Shown: positions 1 to 8,849, counted from the stretch's first letter. The stretch: 18,079 bases of DNA from Candidatus Cryosericum sp. (GCA_049699855.1 JBNAWM010000017.1:1-18079), one strand, 5' to 3'. Notes: a model not told the origin generated them from the letters alone. Made by a program: numbers and translations.

Positions 1-2075
1 CCTATGGGACCAACAATGAGTTTGGATTTGACTACCTTCGTGATCATATGGCTCCATCGGAGCAGGATATGGTTCAGATGGGGGCGCTGGATTTTGGAAT
101 TGTCGATGAGGTTGACAACATCTTTATCGATGAAGCTCGAACGGCGCTCATCATTGCTGGGCCCGGCGGCGACTCGGACATGCCCTACTATGAGGCCGCT
201 GCTTTTGTTCGACGCCTGAAAGGGGTCATGCGGTCTGAGCTTGCTCAGGGCGAGAACGCAGTTCCCGAAGGGGCAGATTTCATCTTCGACGAGAAGCACA
301 AGACCATTGAACCCGCCGATGATCTGCTTACGCGCTTCGCGCGTTCGGCCAAGATTCCCCAGGAGAAACTTCTGAAGGATCAGGCGACGTATGACAAAAT
401 CTTGCGCAACGCCATTCGGGCTCAGGTGTTCTTCCACAAGGACAGCGAGTACATCATCAAGGATACGGAAGTCATCATAGTGGATGAATTCACCGGCCGT
501 CTGATGTATGGGCGCCGCTACTCCGAGGGACTGCACCAGGCCATCGAGGCAAAGGAAGGTCTCAAGGTCCGTGAAGAGAGCCAGACCCTGGCAACCATCA
601 CGATTCAGAACTTCTTCAAGATGTATCACAAGCTGTCTGGCATGACGGGAACGGCACTCACGGAAGCGGATGAATTCAAGGAGATCTATGGACTTGATGT
701 CCTTGAGATTCCCACGCATCGTCCAGTGCAGCGCCATGATGCCGATGATGAGGTTTACCGCTCGGAACGGGGCAAGCTGAACGCCATTCTGCGCGAGATC
801 CAGGAGCGGCATGAGAAAGGCCAGCCGGTGCTTGTCGGCACAAGGTCTGTCGAGAAATCCGAGGCACTCAGCCGCGAGCTGAAGAAGCTTGGGATCAAGC
901 ATCAGGTCCTGAACGCCAAGTACCATGAGAAAGAGGCGGAGATTATTGCCCAAGCAGGCCGCAGGGGGGCCGTGACCATCGCCACGAACATGGCGGGCCG
1001 CGGCGTCGACATTCTGCTTGGAGGCAACCCCGAGGCTCTTGCCCATGCGGGAGCTGTGGCACGCACCAAGGCCGACCCGAAGAAGCAGCCAGAGCAGTAT
1101 GCTCAGCAGTACAAGGAGGAGTATGACCGGCTGCTCGCCGAGTACAATGAGACATGGCCGAAGGAGCACGACGAAGTGGTACGATTGGGGGGTCTCTTCA
1201 TTCTGGGCACCGAGAGGCATGAATCGCGCCGCATCGACAATCAGCTGCGTGGACGCGCCGGTCGGCAGGGAGACCCCGGGGAGTCAAAGTTCTTCCTGTC
1301 GGCAGAAGACGACATCCTGCGGATCTTTGGCGGGGACAATATCAAGCACATCTTCGAAATGATGAAAGTGGAAGAAGACGTTCCTGTGAATCATCCGCTG
1401 TTGACGCGAACGATAGAAATGTCACAGAAGAAGGTCGAGTCCTACAACTTCGATGCCCGAAAGAGCCTTCTTGATTACGACAACGTCCTGAATAAACAGC
1501 GGGAGGTCATCTATGCTGAACGCGACAAGGTGCTGACCGGAGCCGACTTGACCGATGAGGTTCATGGCTTCATCAGCGAACAAGCTTCCATGACCGCTCA
1601 GCAGGTTGTCCAGGCGCAGCGCCTTGAAGAAGCCGATCTTGGCAAGATCTACAATGATCTCGTCGTCGAGGCCTTTGGCAGGCCATTGCCGATGTCACTC
1701 GAGGAGCTGAGCAGTCTTCTGGAGCAACGCGACGCCGAGGAGCAGCTTGCTTCAGCCATCCTTGAACGGGCCGAGTCGGTATACCGTGAAAAGTACGCCC
1801 GGTATGGAGATGATGTCATGCATCAGATCGAGCGCTACGTTTTCCTGCGCACGATCGACAGTGCATGGAGAGAACATCTGCTTCAGATGGATGATTTGAA
1901 AGATGGAATCGGACTGCGCGCCTACGGCCAGCAGGACCCGGTCATCGCCTATCAGAAGGAAGGCTATGATCTGTTTAATCAGCTGATGGATCAGATCAAG
2001 CAGGATGTAACGCGCATGCTGTTCATGTTTGAGTTGCAGCCTGCTCAACCGGAGAAGAAGCATGATCGATCTTGA
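1..2075 (+). CDS. secA: Preprotein translocase ATPase SecA, 5'-truncated by the window edge
   Basis: The frame is open from base 3 (YGTNNEFGFDYLRDHM). SecA motifs: IVDEVD..IDEART, IVDEFTGRLM.GRRYSEGLHQAIEAKE, GMTGTA, TIATNMAGRGVDI, ERHESRRIDNQLRGRAGRQGDPG. TGA stop at 2073-2075. Confidence 0.99.
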   Translation, partial: YGTNNEFGFDYLRDHMAPSEQDMVQMGALDFGIVDEVDNIFIDEARTALIIAGPGGDSDMPYYEAAAFVRRLKGVMRSELAQGENAVPEGADFIFDEKHKTIEPADDLLTRFARSAKIPQEKLLKDQATYDKILRNAIRAQVFFHKDSEYIIKDTEVIIVDEFTGRLMYGRRYSEGLHQAIEAKEGLKVREESQTLATITIQNFFKMYHKLSGMTGTALTEADEFKEIYGLDVLEIPTHRPVQRHDADDEVYRSERGKLNAILREIQERHEKGQPVLVGTRSVEKSEALSRELKKLGIKHQVLNAKYHEKEAEIIAQAGRRGAVTIATNMAGRGVDILLGGNPEALAHAGAVARTKADPKKQPEQYAQQYKEEYDRLLAEYNETWPKEHDEVVRLGGLFILGTERHESRRIDNQLRGRAGRQGDPGESKFFLSAEDDILRIFGGDNIKHIFEMMKVEEDVPVNHPLLTRTIEMSQKKVESYNFDARKSLLDYDNVLNKQREVIYAERDKVLTGADLTDEVHGFISEQASMTAQQVVQAQRLEEADLGKIYNDLVVEAFGRPLPMSLEELSSLLEQRDAEEQLASAILERAESVYREKYARYGDDVMHQIERYVFLRTIDSAWREHLLQMDDLKDGIGLRAYGQQDPVIAYQKEGYDLFNQLMDQIKQDVTRMLFMFELQPAQPEKKHDRS

Positions 2076-3189
2076 ACCACTGCGCAAGCGAATCTTGGAC
2101 TGTGATCGCCGCATTGCGGGACTCTATCAGCCTGGCTGACTGGCCAGCCGGCAGGCGCAGCTGGAAGAGCTGCGAAGCAAGACATTGGCTGCCGGCTTCT
2201 GGAACGATCAGGCTGCTGCTGCGGAGATCATGGGCACAATCGACCGTCTGGAGACAGACATTTCGTCCCAGAAGCGGGCCATGTCCGAACTCGATGACGC
2301 GCGGACCGCGGTTGATCTCCTGGAGGGGATGCCGGACGAGTCTCTGGAACGGGAAGCAACTGCCGGTCTTGATCGTCTTGAGCACGATCTTCAGCTCCTT
2401 GAGACGGCTGCCTACTTCAGCGGTCCATATGACGCGTCCAATGCCATCCTCTCACTTTCCAGCGGAGCAGGCGGAACGGACGCTCAGGACTGGACGGAAA
2501 TGCTCATGCGCATGTATACCCGTTATGCCGAACGACAGGGTTTCGAGGTCGTCGTGACAGATTACATGCCAGGCGAAGAGGCTGGCATCAAAGGCTGTAC
2601 CCTTGTCATCAAGGGGCAGTACGCGTATGGCCTGCTCAAACACGAAAAAGGCGTGCACCGGCTCGTTCGCATCAGTCCGTTTGATGCGAACAAGCGCCGC
2701 CATACGTCGTTTGCCGCCGCGGACATCATTCCTGAGATCCCGGAGACCAGCCTTACGATCGACATCCCGGAGGGAGACCTTCGCATCGACGTTTATCACG
2801 CCTCCGGTCATGGCGGTCAGAACGTTCAGAAAGTCTCTACGGCCGTGCGCATCACGCATATTCCAACTGGCATTTCGGCCAGTTGTCAGAACGAGCGTTC
2901 CCAGCTCCAGAACAAACGCATGGCTATGTCAGTACTCAAATCGAGGCTTCTTGTACAGCAGGAGCTGCAAAGGGACCAGGAGATCTCGCAGGTGCGCGGA
3001 GCCTTCAAGTCGGCCGAATGGGGCAACGAGATTCGGTCCTACGTCCTGCAGCCATACAAGCTGGCCAAGGATCACCGCACCGGTGTTGAAAAGGGTAATG
3101 TTGACGCAGTCCTGGATGGGGACTTGCAGGATTTCATCCTGGCAAGTGTGCGGCATGATGCGGAAAACCGTCGTTCGGGCGATTCGTGA
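2062..3189 (+). CDS. prfB: Peptide chain release factor 2, with an in-frame TGA at codon 26 (2137-2139); 375 aa if read through
   Basis: RF2-specific SPF motif (RISPFDAN), GGQ motif (ASGHGGQNVQK), GAGGTDAQDW and WGNEIRSYVLQPY. ATG 2062 has GGAG (2051-2054) 7 nt upstream and overlaps the secA 3' end. Codons 1-25 (MIDLEPLRKRILDCDRRIAGLYQPG) are in the same frame as the ORF-track entry 2185..3189. Confidence 0.96.
2122..2164 (+). other. Candidate recoding site: in-frame UGA-C within prfB, with local GC-rich hairpins
   Basis: CTC TAT CAG CCT GGC TGA CTG GCC AGC CGG CAG GCG CAG CTG. TGA at 2137-2139 is followed by C, and the downstream RF2 sequence is in the same frame. Confidence 0.7.
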
Positions 3190-4018
3190 CGTCGTTGGCA
3201 TAACGGTGGGGTGCATCATCTATGCCCTGTCGTTTGCCCTCTTCGTCGTCCCGATGAATCTTGCTCCCGGCGGAGTCTCCGGTCTTGCCATTATCATAAA
3301 CCACTTCTTTGGCATCGTTCCGATAGGACTGACCATCATCATTCTGAACGCACCGCTGTTCTTGATGAGTCTGAAGCGGCTCGGCAAAGGATTCCTGTGG
3401 CGCTCTGTCTATGCGACAGTGGCTTCATCCCTGATGATCGATGCCATTCTGCCATTTATGCGCAATTTCCATGTCGACATCGTCCTTTCCTCAATCTACG
3501 CGGGTGTGCTCATGGGAATCGGCATCGGCATTATCTTTCGATTCTTTGGCTCGACGGGCGGCACCGATCTTTTGGCACAGCTCCTGTCCGAGCACATCGG
3601 CCTGAGCTTTGGTACGACCCTCTTACTGATCGATACGGTGATCATCGGACTGTCGGGCATCGCGTTTCACAGTGTCACGATCCCGCTCTATTCCATCGTG
3701 TCGCTGTATATTTCGGCCAAGGCAATTGACCTGGTTCAGGAGGGCGTCTCGTTTTCCAAGGCTGCGTGGATTATCAGCAACCAGCCGGATGTCATTGTCG
3801 ACAAGATTATGACCGAGCTGGACCGGGGAGCCACCAAAGTCATGGCAACCGGCGGCTACTCCAAAGAGCCGAGGGAAGTCGTGTTCTGCGTTGTGCCCCA
3901 GAGCCAGATCTCCCATCTCAAGCAAATCGTTCATGAAGCTGATCCAAACGCATTCGTCGTAATCGTTGAAGTCACCGAGGCTCTGGGTCTCGGGTTTAAG
4001 GAGCTGGGAACACGCTGA
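3155..4018 (+). CDS. YitT/YvjA-family membrane protein (DUF161 + DUF2179), about 287 aa
   Basis: Hydrophobic helices with the family motifs NLAPGGVSGLAII and GSTGGTDLLA, and a C-terminal RGAT...GGYS...DPNAFV domain. Start ATG 3155 or 3158 overlaps the prfB 3' end. Same position as yvjA in the B. subtilis secA-prfB-yvjA...ftsEX cluster. The ORF-track start at 2603 is probably a spurious extension. Confidence 0.92.
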   Translation: MMRKTVVRAIRDVVGITVGCIIYALSFALFVVPMNLAPGGVSGLAIIINHFFGIVPIGLTIIILNAPLFLMSLKRLGKGFLWRSVYATVASSLMIDAILPFMRNFHVDIVLSSIYAGVLMGIGIGIIFRFFGSTGGTDLLAQLLSEHIGLSFGTTLLLIDTVIIGLSGIAFHSVTIPLYSIVSLYISAKAIDLVQEGVSFSKAAWIISNQPDVIVDKIMTELDRGATKVMATGGYSKEPREVVFCVVPQSQISHLKQIVHEADPNAFVVIVEVTEALGLGFKELGTR

Positions 4019-4683
4019 TGATACAGATGTTGAGCGTTTCAAAGAAGTACGAAGACGGATACTACGGTCTCAGGGACATTACGTTCACGATCAGCCCCGG
4101 CAAGTTTGTCTTTCTGACAGGTGAGTCTGGAGCCGGCAAGAGTACGGTGCTCCGCCTGGTCTACCGGTCGGAACATCCGACCAGCGGCACTATCCTGGTC
4201 GACGGGATGGACACGGCTGCAGCTCATGGCAAGTCCCTCACGGCACTCCGAAGACGGATGGGCATGGTCTTTCAGGATTATATGCTCCTGTTCGATCGCA
4301 CCGTCTTTGAAAATGTTGCATTGCCGCTGGCCGTCCGCGGTATCAGCAAAGATATTGTTTCCCAGGAGGTTGACAAGCACCTGGAGCGGGTGGGGCTGTC
4401 GGGGTACCAGCATCGCATGTGCTGTTCGCTGTCGGGAGGCGAAAAGCAGCGGGTGGCCCTTGCGCGCGCGCTTATTGCAAAGCCGGATATCATCCTCGCC
4501 GATGAGCCCACTGGCAACCTGGACCTTAGCAATGGCGAGAAGATCATTGAGGTTCTCCATGATGCGAACCGCCAGGGAGCCACCGTCTTGATGGCTACTC
4601 ATGACCTGTACCTCGTTCAGTCGACGCGTCTGCCATTTGTCAGGCTGCGCGGCGGACGAAAGGTCGAGGAGGGAAACTTCTAG
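4018..4683 (+). CDS. ftsE: Cell-division ABC ATPase FtsE
   Basis: Walker [11 protein letters not shown]-loop GMVFQDY, signature LSGGEKQRV, Walker B/D-loop [15 protein letters not shown]. Followed by an ftsX-like permease. TGATG overlap with the upstream gene. Confidence 0.9.
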   Translation: MIQMLSVSKKYEDGYYGLRDITFTISPGKFVFLTGESGAGKSTVLRLVYRSEHPTSGTILVDGMDTAAAHGKSLTALRRRMGMVFQDYMLLFDRTVFENVALPLAVRGISKDIVSQEVDKHLERVGLSGYQHRMCCSLSGGEKQRVALARALIAKPDIILADEPTGNLDLSNGEKIIEVLHDANRQGATVLMATHDLYLVQSTRLPFVRLRGGRKVEEGNF

Positions 4684-4684
4684 C

Positions 4685-5587
4685 ATGTTTACGCTGAGAC
4701 AGACACTGCGCGATGTCATGAGACATCCGGTCAGAACAATCGTGGTTTCGATTCTCATAGCGGTTCTGATGCTGGCAAGCGCCGGCATCTATGCCATGTC
4801 CATCGATGTCCGCCATACCATAGCCGAGATCGAGCGCACGCACGCCATCAATGTATATTTGTTGCAGGGCCTCGACCAGGCATCCATCGCCACTCTGATG
4901 GACAACCTGCAGAAAGACGAGGCGGTGGCTCGCGCCGAGTACGTAAGTCCGGCAGATGGACTCAAGAACCTTCAGACGCGCTATCCCCAATTTGCTGGCG
5001 TCTTTCGTGACCTGACTCAGAACCCTATCCCCCCGCTTATTCGTGTCTACCCCGTATCGGCCAGCGGCATATCCACTCTGGCAACCGAGCTCCGGTCCGC
5101 TCCCGGCGTTCAATCGGTCGAATACGATGAGTCTTCGGTCCAGGGCATGCTCAGCGCCAACCAGTTCGTCAACAGCCTCTTTGTCTATGTTCTTATGCTG
5201 GCAGGATTTCTCTTCATTGCAGGTTTCTCTCTTATGGCCTTCAGCATCATCAACGGAAAACGAAAGGAGACAGCCGTCCTCAGCATCGTCGGAGCCAGCA
5301 ACACGCAGGTCCTGCTCGCAACGCCTGCCCACCTGGCCGTTGTGTGGGCGCTTGCCTCTGTACTCACCATGCTGGTCCTGCCCGGCGTCATCCGCTACTC
5401 CACCGCCCGGTTGGCATCTTCGTTTGCCTGGGTGACCCCGGAGGCATCTGGCATCGTTTATGCAGGGTCGGCCTCGGTCGTCCTCCTGGCATCTCTTGCG
5501 TGCCTCTTCCTGGCATCGCTGATTGCTACGATCCTTGCCTATCGGATCGATGAAGAGCAGAGACGAGAGGAGACCCTGCTCGAATGA
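4685..5587 (+). CDS. ftsX: Cell-division permease-like protein FtsX, 300 aa
   Basis: One N-terminal TM segment, an extracytoplasmic domain (INVYL...EYVS...NPIP...PGVQSVEY), then three TM segments with KRKE...IVGAS (FtsX R.EI.I...VGA-like). ATG lies 1 nt after the ftsE stop. Confidence 0.88.
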   Translation: MFTLRQTLRDVMRHPVRTIVVSILIAVLMLASAGIYAMSIDVRHTIAEIERTHAINVYLLQGLDQASIATLMDNLQKDEAVARAEYVSPADGLKNLQTRYPQFAGVFRDLTQNPIPPLIRVYPVSASGISTLATELRSAPGVQSVEYDESSVQGMLSANQFVNSLFVYVLMLAGFLFIAGFSLMAFSIINGKRKETAVLSIVGASNTQVLLATPAHLAVVWALASVLTMLVLPGVIRYSTARLASSFAWVTPEASGIVYAGSASVVLLASLACLFLASLIATILAYRIDEEQRREETLLE

Positions 5588-6762
5588 AGATGCTGAGGGT
5601 CGTCATCATTTTCCTGCTTTGTGCAGCATTCCTCGTGGGCAACTTTGCGATTGTTCCTGGCGTCCAGGGAGACCTTGCCAATGACCTCAAGACTGCACAG
5701 GCGAAGATGAATCAACTCAAGGCGCAGTTGCAGGAAATTCAGAAGCTGATCAGCGCAAACAAGTCGGCCAAGTACAGCCTGCTGAGCCAACTGTCGGCTC
5801 TGAATGATCAGATGGATCAGATGCAAACGGAGATCGACAGCATCAGCAGCCGCATTGTCAGTCTCCAGAACACGCTGACCAAAACGGCTGCACAGATTGC
5901 CGACAAAGAGAAACAGATCGACGCGCTCTCGGGTCAGACCAATGCCTCGATCAACCTGTTGTATCATGTGTCCAATCTGGATGTCGCAGGGCTTCCTTTT
6001 TCGGGCGGCAGCCTCAGCTCGACAGTTGAGGCTCAGCAAGCCGTCTCCGCCATTCTGCGGCAGATTACATCATCGCTGTCGGCTGCCAGCACGCAGAAAC
6101 TTGCTCTGCAGTCCGACAAAACATCGTACGCCGAGACAAAGGCTGAGCTGGAGAATGTGTACGCGCTCAAAAAACAGCAGGTGGCACTGCTTGCTCAGCA
6201 GAGAGCAGCCAAACAGCAGACGCTGGACTACCTTGCAGCCAAAGGAAGTCAGTATGCAAGTGATGACCAGCGCATTCAGAACGAAATTGCCAAGGAGAAC
6301 AAGCTTATCGACCAGATTGTCGCTGAGATTGACCGACAGAAACATCCTGGAAATGAGCCGACTGGGAAGTTGTTATGGCCAATTCCCGGGCCCATCCACA
6401 TCACTGAGCTCTTCGGCATGCGTCACGATCCAATCAATGGAGTCTGGGAGATGCATAACGGCATCGACCTGGGCTGTCCGACGGGTACGACACTGCTGGC
6501 ACCTGCGGACGGTGTTGTGGAATACGAAGGGCGCTTTTCGGGCTATGGCAATATGCTCATGCTTCAGTGCGGGCAGCACATGACCCTGGTGTTTGGCCAC
6601 CTCAAATCCTTTATTGCCAAGAAGGGCCAGTCTGTCAAGCGCGGCCAGGTCATAGCCCTCACGGACAATACTGGCTGGAGCACGGGACCGCATCTTCACT
6701 TTGAGGTGCGCATCGATGGAACCCCGAAGAATCCACTTTCGTATCTCGGGCCAAAGCCATAG
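5584..6762 (+). CDS. Secreted coiled-coil + M23 (LytM) peptidoglycan endopeptidase, EnvC-like architecture
   Basis: Signal peptide, long Q/K/E/A-rich coiled coil, C-terminal M23 domain with HNGIDL and STGPHLHFEV. ATGA overlap with ftsX. Confidence 0.93.
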   Translation: MKMLRVVIIFLLCAAFLVGNFAIVPGVQGDLANDLKTAQAKMNQLKAQLQEIQKLISANKSAKYSLLSQLSALNDQMDQMQTEIDSISSRIVSLQNTLTKTAAQIADKEKQIDALSGQTNASINLLYHVSNLDVAGLPFSGGSLSSTVEAQQAVSAILRQITSSLSAASTQKLALQSDKTSYAETKAELENVYALKKQQVALLAQQRAAKQQTLDYLAAKGSQYASDDQRIQNEIAKENKLIDQIVAEIDRQKHPGNEPTGKLLWPIPGPIHITELFGMRHDPINGVWEMHNGIDLGCPTGTTLLAPADGVVEYEGRFSGYGNMLMLQCGQHMTLVFGHLKSFIAKKGQSVKRGQVIALTDNTGWSTGPHLHFEVRIDGTPKNPLSYLGPKP

Positions 6763-6787
6763 TCTGCACCTTACAAAGGAGACCTTC

Positions 6788-7987
6788 ATGCTTTCAAGGA
6801 AAAATGGCGTACTGCTTGCGATCGTTGCAGTGATTGTGCTGGCATTGGCTTTTGCCGCAGGATTTGTCACCTATCCTTTCCTGGCGCCTCAGCTGGCTGG
6901 CTCTCCACGTCCGGCATCGTATCAGACGACGCTTGACCGTGACACGTATCTGAAGCTTTCGGGCAGTATCTACGACACCCTGAGCCGCCAGTACTATCAG
7001 AAGGTCGATGCCACAAAACTGCTCAAAGGTGAGGTTGCCGGACTTGGCGATCCGTACACAGAGCTCTTCACTCCTGCCGAAGCAGCGGACTTTCGCGACG
7101 AGCTTGCGGGTGAGTACGTAGGCATCGGGGTCGTCATTACTGCAACTAAGGATGGCAGTGCGGTTGAAATCGTGCGTGTATTTCCCGGAACGCCGGCGGA
7201 GAAGGCCGGCTTGAAGGCTGGAGACATTATCGACAGCATTGATGGCGTATCAGCCCGGCATCTTGATCTGGATACCGTCTCCAGCCGAGTCAAGGGCAAG
7301 GCGGGAACGACTGTGAAGCTCCGTATCGATCGTGGAGGGACCCTGCACGACTATTCGATCACCAGGGAAAGTGTCGAACTGCCCGTCGTCGAGAGCCGCA
7401 TTATTGGCAAGAACGTGGGATACATCTCCGTGTCGTCGTTCAGTTCGGGTGTCAGTGGCAAGTTCGCGCAGGCTCTTCTCAAGCTGGAGCAACAGAAAGT
7501 GTCGGGGCTGGTAATCGACATTCGTGACAATGGAGGAGGCTACCTCAACGAATGTCTCACTATGCTGTCCAACTTCATTCCCAGCGGAACGGCTCTGTGG
7601 ACTCAGGAGGCGGGCGGAAAACTGAATCCCATAACGGTGACGGGCAAGAGCATGAATCTGCCGGTGATTGTTCTTGTCAATGAGAACTCCGCAAGCGCCT
7701 CTGAGATCTTCGCCGCAGCTCTAAAGGAGAACAAGGCAGCGCTGATTGTCGGGGTGACGACATTTGGCAAGGGGCTTATCCAGCGCAGCTGGGACCTTGC
7801 AGACGGCTATGAGCTGAAGGTGACAGTACAGGAATACTACACGCCTGACAAGAATACCATTCAGAAGAAGGGACTCGTTCCCAACGTCGTTGTTGCAGAC
7901 CCGAGTCCGGCCAGCTTTGGTTTGCTGCCCGGTGACGGGCAGCTCGAGCGGGCGGTCCAGATGGTTGAAGCGGGGATGCGGCCATGA
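6788..7987 (+). CDS. Carboxyl-terminal processing protease (S41A, PDZ), CtpA/CtpB-like, 399 aa
   Basis: N-terminal TM/signal, LGDPYT, PDZ (YVGIGV...PAEKAGLKAGDII), IDIRDNGGG, catalytic SASASEI and TTFGKG. AAAGGAG RBS at 6775-6781 before ATG 6788. Confidence 0.95.
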   Translation: MLSRKNGVLLAIVAVIVLALAFAAGFVTYPFLAPQLAGSPRPASYQTTLDRDTYLKLSGSIYDTLSRQYYQKVDATKLLKGEVAGLGDPYTELFTPAEAADFRDELAGEYVGIGVVITATKDGSAVEIVRVFPGTPAEKAGLKAGDIIDSIDGVSARHLDLDTVSSRVKGKAGTTVKLRIDRGGTLHDYSITRESVELPVVESRIIGKNVGYISVSSFSSGVSGKFAQALLKLEQQKVSGLVIDIRDNGGGYLNECLTMLSNFIPSGTALWTQEAGGKLNPITVTGKSMNLPVIVLVNENSASASEIFAAALKENKAALIVGVTTFGKGLIQRSWDLADGYELKVTVQEYYTPDKNTIQKKGLVPNVVVADPSPASFGLLPGDGQLERAVQMVEAGMRP

Positions 7988-8532
7988 TCGTCGTGGTTTC
8001 CGGTCCAGGCGGTGTCGGCAAGAGCACGGTTGTGGCGGAGCTGCTGCGGCGCCATCCGGAGATGCAGCGGTCCATCTCCGTAACGACAAGGGTGCCGAGG
8101 CCTGGCGAGAGGGATGGGGTGGATTACCACTTTGTGACGGAGGCGCAGTTCAAAGAATGGGTTGACAAGGGGTTGTTCGCCGAGTATGCTGTAGTCCGCA
8201 ATCATCATTACGGAACGTTGAAGTCGAGTCTCGATGCCGTTGGCCCGAGCGACGTTGTTGTTTTGACTATTGACATTCAGGGAGCTTCATCGATCAAGCG
8301 TCTATATCCTGAAGCACTCATGATCTTTCTCAGGCCTCCGAATGTCAAAGAGCTTGAACACCGGCTCGAACACCGGGGATCGGAGACGCCCGACGAAATC
8401 GCGGCGCGCATGAAGCTCGGCGAGTATGAAATGACGTTTGCGAAGGACTATGATTATATGGTAACCAATGGTGACCTTGAAACGGCAGTGAACATTGTCG
8501 ATGTGATTGTCCGCAGTGCGCTGCGGAGATAG
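7984..8532 (+). CDS. gmk: Guanylate kinase
   Basis: P-loop SGPGGVGKST, SISVTTRVPRPGERDGVDYHF, HYGT, IDIQG, RGSE. Confidence 0.98.
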   Translation: MIVVVSGPGGVGKSTVVAELLRRHPEMQRSISVTTRVPRPGERDGVDYHFVTEAQFKEWVDKGLFAEYAVVRNHHYGTLKSSLDAVGPSDVVVLTIDIQGASSIKRLYPEALMIFLRPPNVKELEHRLEHRGSETPDEIAARMKLGEYEMTFAKDYDYMVTNGDLETAVNIVDVIVRSALRR

Positions 8533-8541
8533 GAGTCAGCT

Positions 8542-8793
8542 ATGGAAGAGCAGAAAGAAGTGACCGCCCGACAGCCTGAGCTCGCCAACCTCTACTTGGA
8601 GACGTTGACCGCGAAGGTGAATCCAAACAAGTACGAACTTATCCGCGAACTCCTCAATGTGGCCCACGAGATGCTGGAGGAAAAGGCAGACCCGCTTCGG
8701 GAATCGGTCGATGACACCCTTCGGAAGGCAGCAGGACGCATGGTACTGGCTGCAGAGCGAAACGAAACAGAGGCGACTGAGACAAACCCGTAG
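8542..8793 (+). CDS. Small protein, probably a highly divergent RNA polymerase omega subunit
   Basis: AGGAG RBS at 8531-8535. 83 aa, in the conserved gmk-rpoZ slot. LETLTAKVNPNKYELI...AHEM resembles the omega N-terminal pattern (l..ll.kv.nkY.Lv.....RA.ql), but the RAR motif is absent. Confidence 0.6.
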   Translation: MEEQKEVTARQPELANLYLETLTAKVNPNKYELIRELLNVAHEMLEEKADPLRESVDDTLRKAAGRMVLAAERNETEATETNP

Positions 8794-8849
8794 CGATCAG
8801 CTGTCGGGGAGACGTGGTGGGACCCATCGATTTGCGAAAGGAGCAGGAC

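Noticed and set aside
2137..2139. Genome-wide UGA reassignment (genetic code 4 or 25)
   Set aside because: 13 of 18 genes end at TGA at the expected protein ends, I saw no other internal TGA in a gene, and RF2 with SPF/GGQ is present.
2072..2557. 161-aa ORF in the +1 frame of prfB, as the product of a canonical +1 frameshift (it contains an RF2-like 'LRDSI')
   Set aside because: After the TGA it reads DWPAGRRSW..., has no RF2 similarity and stops at 2557. The LRDSI segment is out of register with L34-E35-E36, whereas the in-frame reading is gap-free.
2603..3154. 184-aa N-terminal extension of the YitT ORF overlapping prfB
   Set aside because: Arg/Ser-rich off-frame shadow of prfB. The YitT-like sequence begins only at about 3155.
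2185..3189. TTG 2185 as the true prfB start
   Set aside because: It has no convincing SD and would delete 41 residues that align well with the RF2 N-terminus. ATG 2062 has a well-spaced GGAG. Not fully excluded.
8794..8849. SAM riboswitch upstream of metK
   Set aside because: Only 56 nt, with no recognisable SAM-I, SAM-II or SMK core and only weak short stems.
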